DNA from: a virus
Lineage: Duplodnaviria; Caudoviricetes
Reading direction: 5' to 3' (one strand)
IMG/VR virus record: IMGVR_UViG_3300020442_000903
Span: 1-26,212 of that record
DNA length: 26,212 nt
The notes beneath the pieces are model-generated. The model was not told the DNA's origin and did not search any database. It worked only from the letters and a program-made list of their open reading frames with translations. The number at the start of each line of letters is the position of its first letter. The first letter of the stretch is position 1. Position numbers and translations under genes: made by a program. This document shows positions 7,476 to 16,948 of this stretch, piece after piece.

Positions 7476-8963
7476 ATGGCTAGGCAAGGTATTTTAGCAA
7501 AAGCAAAACCAAGCGCAGGAACTAATACGTTGCTGTATTCAGCACCTATTGATTCTTCTGCAAGCACGGTGCTTAACGTTACTGCTCAGGGCGGTAGTAA
7601 CACAACTTTCGATGTTGCCCTAAAAAATTACGATCAAAAATTAGTGGTCGGTGCAAGTAATCACCTGTTGCATGAAGGTGATGTAATCACAGGTTATCGC
7701 TTCGCACTGAGCACTGCTATTCCTGCAACAGCGGGTTTAGCAGCATCGACACTATTAACATCATCTGATGGAGAGTCTACTGCTAGATTTGAATCATTCT
7801 ATCTTCCAACATTTACTGAAATTGATGTTCGTGTTAGATCGATTCGTGCAATTACCTTAGAATCTGTAACTGGAGACTTTGCAATTGGCGAGACTGTTGT
7901 AAAAGGTAGTGGTGGTAATACTGCAACCGCTACTATCTACGCAGTTGCCCAAGGATCTGGTAGTACACTCATTTATGTTGGTCCTTCTACCCTTGCAGGA
8001 AGTGGATCAGAGTTTGCCGATGGTGATGCACTGACTGCATCTGGTGGTGCAACAGGAACAATTTCTAGTGGTGGTATTGCAACTGCTGCTAATGAGTTTA
8101 CATTCCAACTATCTGGTGGCACAGAAAATCTTTATCTTGGCACCGATCTTACAGTATTCACTGATAGAACGTATCGTTTTGATGTTTCTGACTCTACTAT
8201 GAGTGGTAGAGATTTCAAACTTTCAACAACAGTTAACGGTGAATATGGTCCTGATGGCGATTTCACCGATACTACTGATAATGGAGAAGAATATATAACT
8301 GGTAAAACAACCAACGGAACTGCTGGTTCTTCTGGTGCATATGTCCAGTTTGATTTTAGTCAAGATACCAGTTTGAACTCTAACTTATATGTTTATGATG
8401 GTGGAACAGGCACTGCTTCAAACTCTGATTTCGGTGGATCTGATCGGTATCTGACAACATCAAACAATTACGAGTATGATGAAATCTATGTGTATGATGT
8501 TGATGGCACATGGACAGATAACACTGATGGTTTTGAATTCAACGGAACTACTTACACTATAAGTTCTCAGACTTCTGCTCCATATGGTTATGTTCGTTCA
8601 TATAGTGGCACCGACCTTTACGTTATTAAAGGTGTAGGTTCTGCCGATTTTGCAGGATCTGATACCTTCCAAGATAACCCCAAAGAAGGTGGTGGAACTC
8701 GTGGCACAGTAACTGTCAGCAGCGTTGCTGTTGCTGCTACAGCGTTTGAAACGCAGGAAGTAATTCGCAAAGATAATGCAATTACTGCTAATACTACAGA
8801 GGAAATCAAATCTTTAGTTATTGGTCCTGGTGAAAGACTTATTGTTGAAAACGCAGCAGCAGATTGTTCATTCGTATTGATTGGATTTGAAGATGCATCT
8901 ACAGGATTCACTACTAGAACTTACTCTGCTACGGCTGTTGCTGGCGCAGCGTCTGGTGGTTGA
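7476..8963 (+). CDS. virion structural protein (G/S/T-rich, beta-rich)
   Basis: 495-aa ORF in the late block; G/S/T-rich; contains TYRFDVSDSTMSGRDFKLS...GSSGAYVQF, a module typical of cyanomyophage structural proteins. Confidence 0.7.
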   Translation: MARQGILAKAKPSAGTNTLLYSAPIDSSASTVLNVTAQGGSNTTFDVALKNYDQKLVVGASNHLLHEGDVITGYRFALSTAIPATAGLAASTLLTSSDGESTARFESFYLPTFTEIDVRVRSIRAITLESVTGDFAIGETVVKGSGGNTATATIYAVAQGSGSTLIYVGPSTLAGSGSEFADGDALTASGGATGTISSGGIATAANEFTFQLSGGTENLYLGTDLTVFTDRTYRFDVSDSTMSGRDFKLSTTVNGEYGPDGDFTDTTDNGEEYITGKTTNGTAGSSGAYVQFDFSQDTSLNSNLYVYDGGTGTASNSDFGGSDRYLTTSNNYEYDEIYVYDVDGTWTDNTDGFEFNGTTYTISSQTSAPYGYVRSYSGTDLYVIKGVGSADFAGSDTFQDNPKEGGGTRGTVTVSSVAVAATAFETQEVIRKDNAITANTTEEIKSLVIGPGERLIVENAAADCSFVLIGFEDASTGFTTRTYSATAVAGAASGG

Positions 8964-8971
8964 TCACCCTC

Positions 8972-8978
8972 ATAAATA
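8972..8978 (+). promoter_or_regulatory. T4-type late promoter (ATAAATA)
   Basis: cATAAATA in the short intergenic gap, 21 nt before ATG 9000. Confidence 0.7.
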
Positions 8979-8999
8979 ACTAAAAAAGCAGCGTAAGAA

Positions 9000-11900
9000 A
9001 TGTCCCTTACTAGACTTAAGAATATTATTACGTCCAGAACTGGACGTATCATCTATGTCAACCCTGACGACTTCGATGCCTCTGATGCTATTGACAACAG
9101 AGGTAACTCTGCACTGAGACCGTTTAAGTCTATCCAGAGAGCATTTCTTGAAGTTGCAAGATTCTCCTATCGAGTAGGTCTGTCAAACGACGAATTTGAC
9201 GCCTTCTCGATTATGCTGTACCCAGCAGAATATATTGTAGATAATCGTCCTGGTGAGGTTCTGTATACTAATACAGCACCTATTGATGCAAACTCAAACC
9301 TTGACTTAACTTCTCCTAATAATGTTCTTCATAAGTTCAATTCTGTAGAAGGAGGGATCATTGTTCCCAGAGGTTGTTCACTGGTTGGCACCGATCTTCG
9401 TCGTACCAAGGTTATTCCTAAGTACGTTCCTTATCCTACGATCTATGCTGCTAAGGGTATCAATACAGAAGATCAAGTACCTCCCCGCACCTCGATCTTC
9501 AGGGTTACTGGTGGAACATACTTCTGGCAGTTCTCCTTCTTCGATGGTGCTGAGGAAGGTGTATACTTCAAACCTGATAGCACAGAAACATTAGCACCTA
9601 AGTTTTCACATCACAGACTCACTTGCTTTGAGTTTGCTGATGGTCTTAATCCTCTTTCTAAATTAATCTCTGACGGCAGTGTTCCTAACGCAGATTATTC
9701 TGCTGTGCCTAACATCTTAGAAAGAACTGACCTAGAGATTTACTATCAAAAGGTATCTAAAGCATTCGCTACAATTCCTGATACATCTGGTGATCCCGCA
9801 ACTGACCAGATTCAGGCAAGGGTCGAAGAAAACCGTATTGTTGGTCCTATTTCCGATGAGTACAGAGTCCTTCAGATCACAAGAAATGGTCAGACAGCAA
9901 CGGCGGTCACTGTTGACGAGTTTGATAACCCCAGGGACCATGGATTTTCCGTTGGTGTTAACATTAACGTTAGTGGAGTTACTGGATCTACTGGACCGCA
10001 ATCCGAACTTGATGCGTCAGTTTACAACGGATCTTTCACAGTCACATCCGCATCTGGTAACGTCTTTACTTACCAAATGCAATCTGAACCGACAGGTAAC
10101 GCAGTCGGATCAAACATCACTGTAAAGACTGAGATTGATACTGTTGACTCTGCATCTCCATATGCGTTTAACCTGTCACTCCGCTCGGTGTGGGGTATGA
10201 ATGGTATGAATGCTAATGGTAGCAAAGCAACTGGTTTCAAATCAATGGTTGTGGCTCAGTTTACTGGTCTGAGTCTTCAAAAAGATGATAGAGCGTTCGT
10301 AAGATATAATGCCTCTACTGGTAACTATGATGTAGCAACATCTGGTGACGGTGCTCACTTGGATGGTTTTGCTGAGTATCGTAAAGGTTGGGGGCATAGA
10401 CACATTGTCTGCTCTAATGACTCGTTCATTCAGGCAGTTTCGGTGTTCGCTGTTGGATATGACACACACTTCACTGCTGAGAGTGGCGGTGACATGTCAA
10501 TTACTAACTCTAACAGTAACTTCGGTAATACAGCTTTAAGATCTGCTGGTTTCAAGGCAAAGTCATTCTCTAAAGATAAGGCAGGCGCAGTCACTCATAT
10601 CATTCCGCCTAAAGCATTGTCGGTTATTTCTACAACTGCAACGGGTACTTCTGGTGCATCATCGATTACTCTCGCTAACGATGGTTCGATCAATGGTGTC
10701 ATTCAAGGTATGAATGTTACAGGATCTGGCATTGGCGTTGGTGCCACTGTTGGTTCTGTGAATACAAACACTAGAGTCGTCACGTTAACTGCTACAAATA
10801 CTACTGCAATTAACGGTAACGTTATCTTTGGTGAAGAAACATCAGTTAACTGGGTAAACATTGACATACAAAGAACAAAAGTCATCAACCAATCTCTCGC
10901 AGGATCTGGAGGATCCCCTGGATCTAGACTCTATCTCTACGGATATACTGTTGAGGCATCACCTCCAACAAATAAAGTCCAAGGTTTCACCGTTGGTGCT
11001 CGTCAGGACGGCACGGGCGCTAGTGCTGTCGCGGACAAGATTAATTGCTTGCTTGTAGCAAATGGTGCAGCGACTGCTACAACACAATCTGCAACTATCT
11101 CACCATATGGACCTAGTGTTTCTGGTCTAAAAGCGGGTGTTGATGGTTCACCTCTTCAATTTGATAGTGCTACTTATACTATCAATGGTCAGGCAGGTAG
11201 TGTTGGTGGTTGGTATTTGTCTGTAACAGCAGATGCTGATCCTAATAGTGCTACTTACAATAGAATTTACAATACACTTACTACAAACAACGACTATAAT
11301 AACGTAAACTTCACTCCTACTACATTCCTGAAGCGTATTGCTGACGGTAGAAACCTTCAGGATAGAACGTATCGTATTCGCCTGGTTATTGATAAGGATA
11401 AGACTAATCCTCTGCCTCGTGATCCCCTCTCTGGTTATGTAATGCAACCATTGAATAGTGATACGACATCATATAATCTGCAAAATACTTTCTACATCTA
11501 CGATATTGAAGTTGTACAAGAGTTTGAGCGAGGTATTTCCGATGGAATCTACTACATTACCCTCCTTTATGCATCTGTTGCTCCTAGCACAAGTAACTTC
11601 AACAACAGGAAGTTCTCTCAAAACGTCAACGAAGTCTATCCTACGTTTGACAGAGACAACCCTGTTGCTGACCCTCTTGCTGCTGTATCCGTCGCTGACA
11701 ACCAAACTATCGGTCTAGTAAATGCTACCGATGGTGCTACACCACCTGCAAAAGATCCTAAGTTGTCTATCACTAAGGAAGCAATTGTTAAGATGCTGAC
11801 TGATACTGGATGGACACAACCAGGTACAACTCCTGGATATGAATCTGCAACTGCGAGACTATCTAATGTTGAATTGACTGCTCGTGCAGGCGATGAAGAA

Positions 11901-12977
11901 GAGAGGAAGATTAACATCCGTAATAATAATGATGGAACTGTCGCTCCAATCCCTGTTGAGTTTAGACGCCACTCGATTCTGAGATCTGGTAACCATACAT
12001 TTGAATATCTTGGTTTCGGTCCTGGTAACTACTCAACTGCATTCCCGCAGACTCAGGTAGAAACTCTGAGTGCTGATCAGATTAAGTTCTCTCAGTCGAT
12101 TAAAGAAGAAGCAGGTGTTGCTTTCTACTCTGGTCTTAACTCTAACGGTGACCTGTTTATTGGTAACCAGGTTATCAACCCTGTTACAGGTCAAATCACA
12201 AACGAAGATATTGCACAACTGAATGTTGTTGGTGAAGAGAACACAACTATTGAGACATTCTCTGAGTTGGTTCTTACTGACAAACTCACGGTTATCGGTG
12301 GTGCATCTAACCAGTTAGAATCTATCTTCGCTGGTCCTGTTACATTCCAAGGACAAACTACCTTCACAAATAACCTTTCTGCTAAGAAGATTTCGTACTT
12401 CAACCAGGATGGCACGGTCGTCAAGCAAACCTTATTGGCACCAGCAGATGCAAATGGACAACCCTCTTTTGCTAATATCACGGGATACACTACGCCCGCT
12501 GATGGTGATCTTGTTTATAACATTAATTGGACACCAGGCAAGTCGCTTGGTTGGATATACTACGGTGGAGCATGGAAAGAATTTGGTCTCACAGATACTG
12601 GTCAGATTAATATTGATACTTTCAATAACAATCAACACATTGGTCTTGGTGTTGCTCCTACGGCTGATTATCGCGTAAATGTAAACGGTAGTGCTAGAGT
12701 TGATGGTGACTTGATTGTCACTGGTCGTGGTGGTGTTGGTCCTGACAAATATGTCACCAAGACATATACAGGTGATGGAACAACCCTAACCTTTGCTATT
12801 ACTACCTACACAGGTGTTCAGCATGTTGATGATTCTGTTCTGGTATTCCTGAACGGTGTTGCTCAAATTGCAGGAACAAATTATACTGTGGACTCTAATG
12901 GTGCAAACGTTGTATTCTCTTCTGGAGATGCACCTTTGGCATCGGATACAGTCCATATTGTCGAAATGCCTATCTAA
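9000..12977 (+). CDS. large tail fibre / tailspike-like structural protein (1325 aa)
   Basis: N-terminal IIYVNP...GNSALRPFKSIQRA and IIVPRGCSLVGTDLRRTKVIP; beta-helix-like SGGDMSITNSNSNFG; C-terminal YTGDGTTLTF...VLVFLNGVAQ...YTV...APLASDTV module. Confidence 0.75.
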   Translation: MSLTRLKNIITSRTGRIIYVNPDDFDASDAIDNRGNSALRPFKSIQRAFLEVARFSYRVGLSNDEFDAFSIMLYPAEYIVDNRPGEVLYTNTAPIDANSNLDLTSPNNVLHKFNSVEGGIIVPRGCSLVGTDLRRTKVIPKYVPYPTIYAAKGINTEDQVPPRTSIFRVTGGTYFWQFSFFDGAEEGVYFKPDSTETLAPKFSHHRLTCFEFADGLNPLSKLISDGSVPNADYSAVPNILERTDLEIYYQKVSKAFATIPDTSGDPATDQIQARVEENRIVGPISDEYRVLQITRNGQTATAVTVDEFDNPRDHGFSVGVNINVSGVTGSTGPQSELDASVYNGSFTVTSASGNVFTYQMQSEPTGNAVGSNITVKTEIDTVDSASPYAFNLSLRSVWGMNGMNANGSKATGFKSMVVAQFTGLSLQKDDRAFVRYNASTGNYDVATSGDGAHLDGFAEYRKGWGHRHIVCSNDSFIQAVSVFAVGYDTHFTAESGGDMSITNSNSNFGNTALRSAGFKAKSFSKDKAGAVTHIIPPKALSVISTTATGTSGASSITLANDGSINGVIQGMNVTGSGIGVGATVGSVNTNTRVVTLTATNTTAINGNVIFGEETSVNWVNIDIQRTKVINQSLAGSGGSPGSRLYLYGYTVEASPPTNKVQGFTVGARQDGTGASAVADKINCLLVANGAATATTQSATISPYGPSVSGLKAGVDGSPLQFDSATYTINGQAGSVGGWYLSVTADADPNSATYNRIYNTLTTNNDYNNVNFTPTTFLKRIADGRNLQDRTYRIRLVIDKDKTNPLPRDPLSGYVMQPLNSDTTSYNLQNTFYIYDIEVVQEFERGISDGIYYITLLYASVAPSTSNFNNRKFSQNVNEVYPTFDRDNPVADPLAAVSVADNQTIGLVNATDGATPPAKDPKLSITKEAIVKMLTDTGWTQPGTTPGYESATARLSNVELTARAGDEEERKINIRNNNDGTVAPIPVEFRRHSILRSGNHTFEYLGFGPGNYSTAFPQTQVETLSADQIKFSQSIKEEAGVAFYSGLNSNGDLFIGNQVINPVTGQITNEDIAQLNVVGEENTTIETFSELVLTDKLTVIGGASNQLESIFAGPVTFQGQTTFTNNLSAKKISYFNQDGTVVKQTLLAPADANGQPSFANITGYTTPADGDLVYNINWTPGKSLGWIYYGGAWKEFGLTDTGQINIDTFNNNQHIGLGVAPTADYRVNVNGSARVDGDLIVTGRGGVGPDKYVTKTYTGDGTTLTFAITTYTGVQHVDDSVLVFLNGVAQIAGTNYTVDSNGANVVFSSGDAPLASDTVHIVEMPI

Positions 12978-12980
12978 ATA
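12974..12980 (+). promoter_or_regulatory. possible late promoter (CTAAATA) overlapping the upstream stop, followed by strong SD TAAGGAGGT
   Basis: TAAATA core includes the TAA stop of 9000-12977; SD-like TAAGGAGGT at 12982-12990. Confidence 0.5.
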
Positions 12981-13003
12981 GTAAGGAGGTTATATAGTCT
13001 GCC

Positions 13004-13420
13004 ATGGCGATTTCAAGAATTAGTGGAAATCAGATTTCCACTTCAACCGAAGCAATTATCTCTACATTATCATTCCTGAATCAAACCAGTGTTTTGAGGA
13101 TTCCTGCTGGAACTCAAGCAAATAGACCCACTGGTGTTTCTGTTGGAACAATTCGTTTCAATACAGATGTGGACGCTGCTGAGATTTACAAAGCAGATGA
13201 TGGAACTGGCAATGCAGGTTGGTCGCCAATCTCTGGTGGTGGTCCTTCATTGGGTAGTGATAGTGTTATCAGAACGAACCCCAATACAATTTCAGAAAAT
13301 ATTACAGTTGGACCTAGTGCTGGAACAGAATTTGCAAATGGCATGAGTGCTGGTCCTATGACTATTGGCAATGGTTATACTATTACAATCGAATCTGGTG
13401 GTGCATGGAGTGTTAGATAA
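13004..13420 (+). CDS. short fibre-associated structural protein (putative adaptor)
   Basis: Anchor motif IPAGTQANRP...GTIRFNTD..AEIY plus C-terminal NTISENITV...NGMSAGPMTIGNGYTITIESGGAWSV beta-strand module. Confidence 0.7.
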   Translation: MAISRISGNQISTSTEAIISTLSFLNQTSVLRIPAGTQANRPTGVSVGTIRFNTDVDAAEIYKADDGTGNAGWSPISGGGPSLGSDSVIRTNPNTISENITVGPSAGTEFANGMSAGPMTIGNGYTITIESGGAWSVR

Positions 13421-14856
13421 TGGGTCGCGTAAATGTCGCAAATTTACAAGGCAATGCACCTGATTTCAGGGTAACTGTCGATAGTGGATCGACTCTGAAT
13501 ACGCAAGCAGATGTTCGTATTACAGGTCAGAGTTATCATCCTATTCCTACACCTCCTAGCAATGCATTTGCTAAAACGTTTAGTCCTTTGTATCCGTATA
13601 CAGGTGTTAATAATACAGATGGAACATCTTTGTTAGCACCTTGGGGAAATAGTGCTGTACGATCAACAACTAGTGCTGATTCATCAGTAACAGATTCTCC
13701 TGTTGGTGGTGTGCCACTAAAAATGCAAATGGATGGAAGTAATGATCCTTATACTTCCACTTATAATAGTGCTACATGGAACGTTGTTGAGGCAAGAGCA
13801 GGAGAACAGTGGACGTTTAGTGTATATGTAAAATCAAATCAAAGTGGCGGCATCAATGCTCAGTTATTTTTATTTGAAGCAAGAGATAATGGAACATATA
13901 GTACTTATACAGAACAGGTATTCAATAATATTGGAACATCTTGGCAAAGAATTAGTATAACAAGAACATTTACTGAGAGTGATACAAGATTTCTACAAGT
14001 TCGTGTAGATGGTTCTGATAATGGAAACGCAAACTCTCATGTTCTTTGGTGGTCTGGACTTCAAGTAAATAGAGGACCACTGCAAGATTTTACTCCTGAT
14101 TATAGAATTGATCAAACTAAATATGCCAGGCATGATCAGACTGGATATATTAGATTCAATACAACTGAGAAAAGAATTGAAGTAAAAGATACTAGTTTAG
14201 TATGGGATGATGCTGCTGGTGCTGCATCAGTAGGAGGAACTTTCCCTCTTGGATCTGTAGGACCAGGTGGTGGATTTACTGTTGGTGAAGGTGCGAATGA
14301 TACTTCACATCAGGGATTTACTCACAATGGAATGCGATTATTGCATGAAGGATTGAGATATAATGATGGACAAGCGGGTGATGAAACACTAGGTGCAACA
14401 GGAAATACTAGACCATTTCTTGACTATATTTCATCTACAAGCGGTTCAGACTTTGCATTTCATACAGGACACACTAACCCTGGTAATGTTTCTTGGCCGC
14501 AGTATCTTGCGATTAATGTATCCGAACGAAGATATGGTCAAGTGTTAAATAGAATCAGATGGTATAAACATGCAAATGCCATTGGTAACTGCAATATTTG
14601 GGGAACCAATAGAGAAGTAAATCGAAATAATTTTACTGATACTGCTACTAATTGGACTTTCTTGGATCGTGTACACTTTGGTGGACAAGGTTCTGGTAGT
14701 GAAGGTGGTCAAAGATCTCAGAATTTCTCTAACACTAATGGTTATCGTTGGTATATGATTGAAATGGTTGATATTAATTCTTCTGCATTAGCATATCCCA
14801 ATGTAGGCAGTAGAGGTGGATGGGCAATGTATGGAGTAACATTCGACAACACATAA
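13420..14856 (+). CDS. fibre-associated protein with carbohydrate-binding-like (CBM4/9-type) domain and discoidin/F5-F8-like C-terminal domain
   Basis: GEQWTFSVYVKS...GTSWQRISITRTF...WWSGLQVN (galactose-binding-like jelly roll); C-terminal PQYLAIN...IWGTN...NWTFLD...FSNTNGYRWYMIE. Confidence 0.6.
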   Translation: MGRVNVANLQGNAPDFRVTVDSGSTLNTQADVRITGQSYHPIPTPPSNAFAKTFSPLYPYTGVNNTDGTSLLAPWGNSAVRSTTSADSSVTDSPVGGVPLKMQMDGSNDPYTSTYNSATWNVVEARAGEQWTFSVYVKSNQSGGINAQLFLFEARDNGTYSTYTEQVFNNIGTSWQRISITRTFTESDTRFLQVRVDGSDNGNANSHVLWWSGLQVNRGPLQDFTPDYRIDQTKYARHDQTGYIRFNTTEKRIEVKDTSLVWDDAAGAASVGGTFPLGSVGPGGGFTVGEGANDTSHQGFTHNGMRLLHEGLRYNDGQAGDETLGATGNTRPFLDYISSTSGSDFAFHTGHTNPGNVSWPQYLAINVSERRYGQVLNRIRWYKHANAIGNCNIWGTNREVNRNNFTDTATNWTFLDRVHFGGQGSGSEGGQRSQNFSNTNGYRWYMIEMVDINSSALAYPNVGSRGGWAMYGVTFDNT

Positions 14857-14857
14857 A

Positions 14858-15904
14858 ATGAGTAAACTAACTGTATCGGAATTAAATGGGATATCAACAT
14901 CCCTAAATCAAGTTGATATCCCAGCAGGACATCAACTAAAAATTGATGGTAACTTAGCATTTGATCATACTGGAGCACATACACTCCCATCAGGAAATAC
15001 AGCAGCAAGACCTGCATCTCCTCCTATGGGAGCAATGCGATTCAATACCGATATTAGTTCATTTGAAATTTATATTGGTAGTTGGGAAACTGTTGGTGGT
15101 GGTGGAAATGCTGCAAGCGCATTAGGAAGTTTTGGTAACCCTGCTCAAAATGGTATTGATCTAAAAGAAAATGGAGCAGCAGACGGATATTATTGGATTA
15201 GACCTCTTGGACACACTAATCCTAGATATTGTTATGTCGATAATACAAACTATGATGGTGGTTGGGTTTTAGTAAAGACAATCGGATCTAATACTACAAA
15301 TCATTGGGATACATTTGAATCTAGTAATTTATATTCTGCCACTATTGATGGTCAGGCAGCAAGTTATGTTCCATATTCTGGCACTGGATATAGTACTACC
15401 GATGGTCGTCGTCATGATGATAATTTCATTAGAGATTTAGGATCATTTGCTAATGGTGGTGGTGAAACTATTAATATAAGAATTGCACAAAATGGCGCTG
15501 CACCTCTTGGTGGTCCATACGATACATATGCTGGTGGAACCAGTTCTAACTGGCGTTATGCATCGTTTATTCGTATGAATAACGGTATTCATTATTTCAG
15601 TTCATTAAATACTGGTGGAGATGGTCGCCAAGGTGATCGTCGTGAAGGCACATTTAGTGTCTCCCATGTTTATCCCTATAACTGGGAAAGACCTGGTGGT
15701 CATGATCATATTAGAGTGTATAATGATCAATATAAAGTATTTGATTATCACTCAAATCCATCAAACATTCAAACATCTCGTTATGGTGTAAATAGAGTCC
15801 TCTATGGTTATACTGGTGCCAACTCTGGTCGTGGTATCTATGGCGGATCAGCATCATTTACAGGCAGCAACAACACAAACCCAGGTTATTTCTTCATACG
15901 ATGA
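14858..15904 (+). CDS. fibre-associated protein with fibrinogen C-terminal-like domain
   Basis: Anchor LPSGNTAARP...GAMRFNTD..FEIY..SW, then DGYYWIRP...YCYVDNTNYDGGWVLV matching the fibrinogen-related G-x-Y-x-I...C...GGW motif. Confidence 0.65.
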   Translation: MSKLTVSELNGISTSLNQVDIPAGHQLKIDGNLAFDHTGAHTLPSGNTAARPASPPMGAMRFNTDISSFEIYIGSWETVGGGGNAASALGSFGNPAQNGIDLKENGAADGYYWIRPLGHTNPRYCYVDNTNYDGGWVLVKTIGSNTTNHWDTFESSNLYSATIDGQAASYVPYSGTGYSTTDGRRHDDNFIRDLGSFANGGGETINIRIAQNGAAPLGGPYDTYAGGTSSNWRYASFIRMNNGIHYFSSLNTGGDGRQGDRREGTFSVSHVYPYNWERPGGHDHIRVYNDQYKVFDYHSNPSNIQTSRYGVNRVLYGYTGANSGRGIYGGSASFTGSNNTNPGYFFIR

Positions 15905-16920
15905 GTACTATTAAGGTCAATAAAATAGAAGGAGCATCTGATTTTAATTTTCAGATTAATATGCCCGCAGCGGCACATCTGAACATTAGAGGATCATTTG
16001 CTATTGATGAGTCGTCTGGACTAAAACTCCCTGTAGGAACTACCGCCGAGAGACCTACAACTCCTGTTGCTGGAATGATTCGATTTAATTCGACTCTAGG
16101 TAATGTAGAGGGATATGATGGTGGTAGTTGGATAAACTTAATGACCCCTGAAGGTGCCGCAGCAGGCGGCGCGACTGCTGATGTTCCTAGAGAAGGATTA
16201 CTTATATGGTTAGATGCCAATAATCCCGCATCCCTGAAAGAGAATTCAACAGATCAGGATGCGAATTATTGGTATGATATTTCTGGATCAAACTTTCACT
16301 TTAGTATTCCCACCGATAGATACGCTCAAGAGTCTATCAATGGATCTCCAGTGAAATATATGGACTTTTCATCAAATGGTGGTGGGTGTGCTAAGTTTTC
16401 ACATGCTAACTTTATTGACACTCCTTGGTTTCCTCATGTATCAGTTGTATTCTTTATGAAATGGAGAACTAGTAATAGTCAGTGGAGAACACCTCTACGT
16501 TCTCGTGATGCTGATCACCATATCATTGTGCAAGACGGTACATATAACCTAGGCATGTATGATAATAATGGTGCAGGTTTCCAAGATACTGGATATGATA
16601 TTAACAGTTTCCCTAACTGGGATACTAAGTTTAACATGTATACTTGGAGATTATCAAACTATACTTCTGGTCAGTATTCTCCTTGTTACCAGTGTTATTT
16701 TGCTGATGAGCAAAATGCTAGAGCAACAAATAATAGTGGAAACGCACAATTCAATAGAGGATTTCACTCTGTAGGTGCTTATCATAGTGGCGACAGAAAT
16801 CCCCATAATTCATCTCAGAATGCTGGTGGTATTGGTGTGTTCATGTATTACAGTAGACATATTTCTCAGGCAGAAAGAGCGCAGATATATAACTACTACA
16901 AGGATACATACGATATCTGA
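15901..16920 (+). CDS. fibre-associated protein with LamG/concanavalin-A-like domain
   Basis: Anchor LPVGTTAERP...GMIRFNS...VEGYDGGSW; GLLIWLDANNPAS...WYDISG and IGVFMYYSRHISQAERAQIYNY are LamG-type signatures. Confidence 0.7.
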   Translation: MSTIKVNKIEGASDFNFQINMPAAAHLNIRGSFAIDESSGLKLPVGTTAERPTTPVAGMIRFNSTLGNVEGYDGGSWINLMTPEGAAAGGATADVPREGLLIWLDANNPASLKENSTDQDANYWYDISGSNFHFSIPTDRYAQESINGSPVKYMDFSSNGGGCAKFSHANFIDTPWFPHVSVVFFMKWRTSNSQWRTPLRSRDADHHIIVQDGTYNLGMYDNNGAGFQDTGYDINSFPNWDTKFNMYTWRLSNYTSGQYSPCYQCYFADEQNARATNNSGNAQFNRGFHSVGAYHSGDRNPHNSSQNAGGIGVFMYYSRHISQAERAQIYNYYKDTYDI

Positions 16921-16926
16921 TAAATA
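16920..16926 (+). promoter_or_regulatory. T4-type late promoter (ATAAATA)
   Basis: tgATAAATA overlapping the upstream stop, 22 nt before ATG 16949. Confidence 0.65.
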
Positions 16927-16948
16927 ATACGAAGGTACAAGACTAGGT

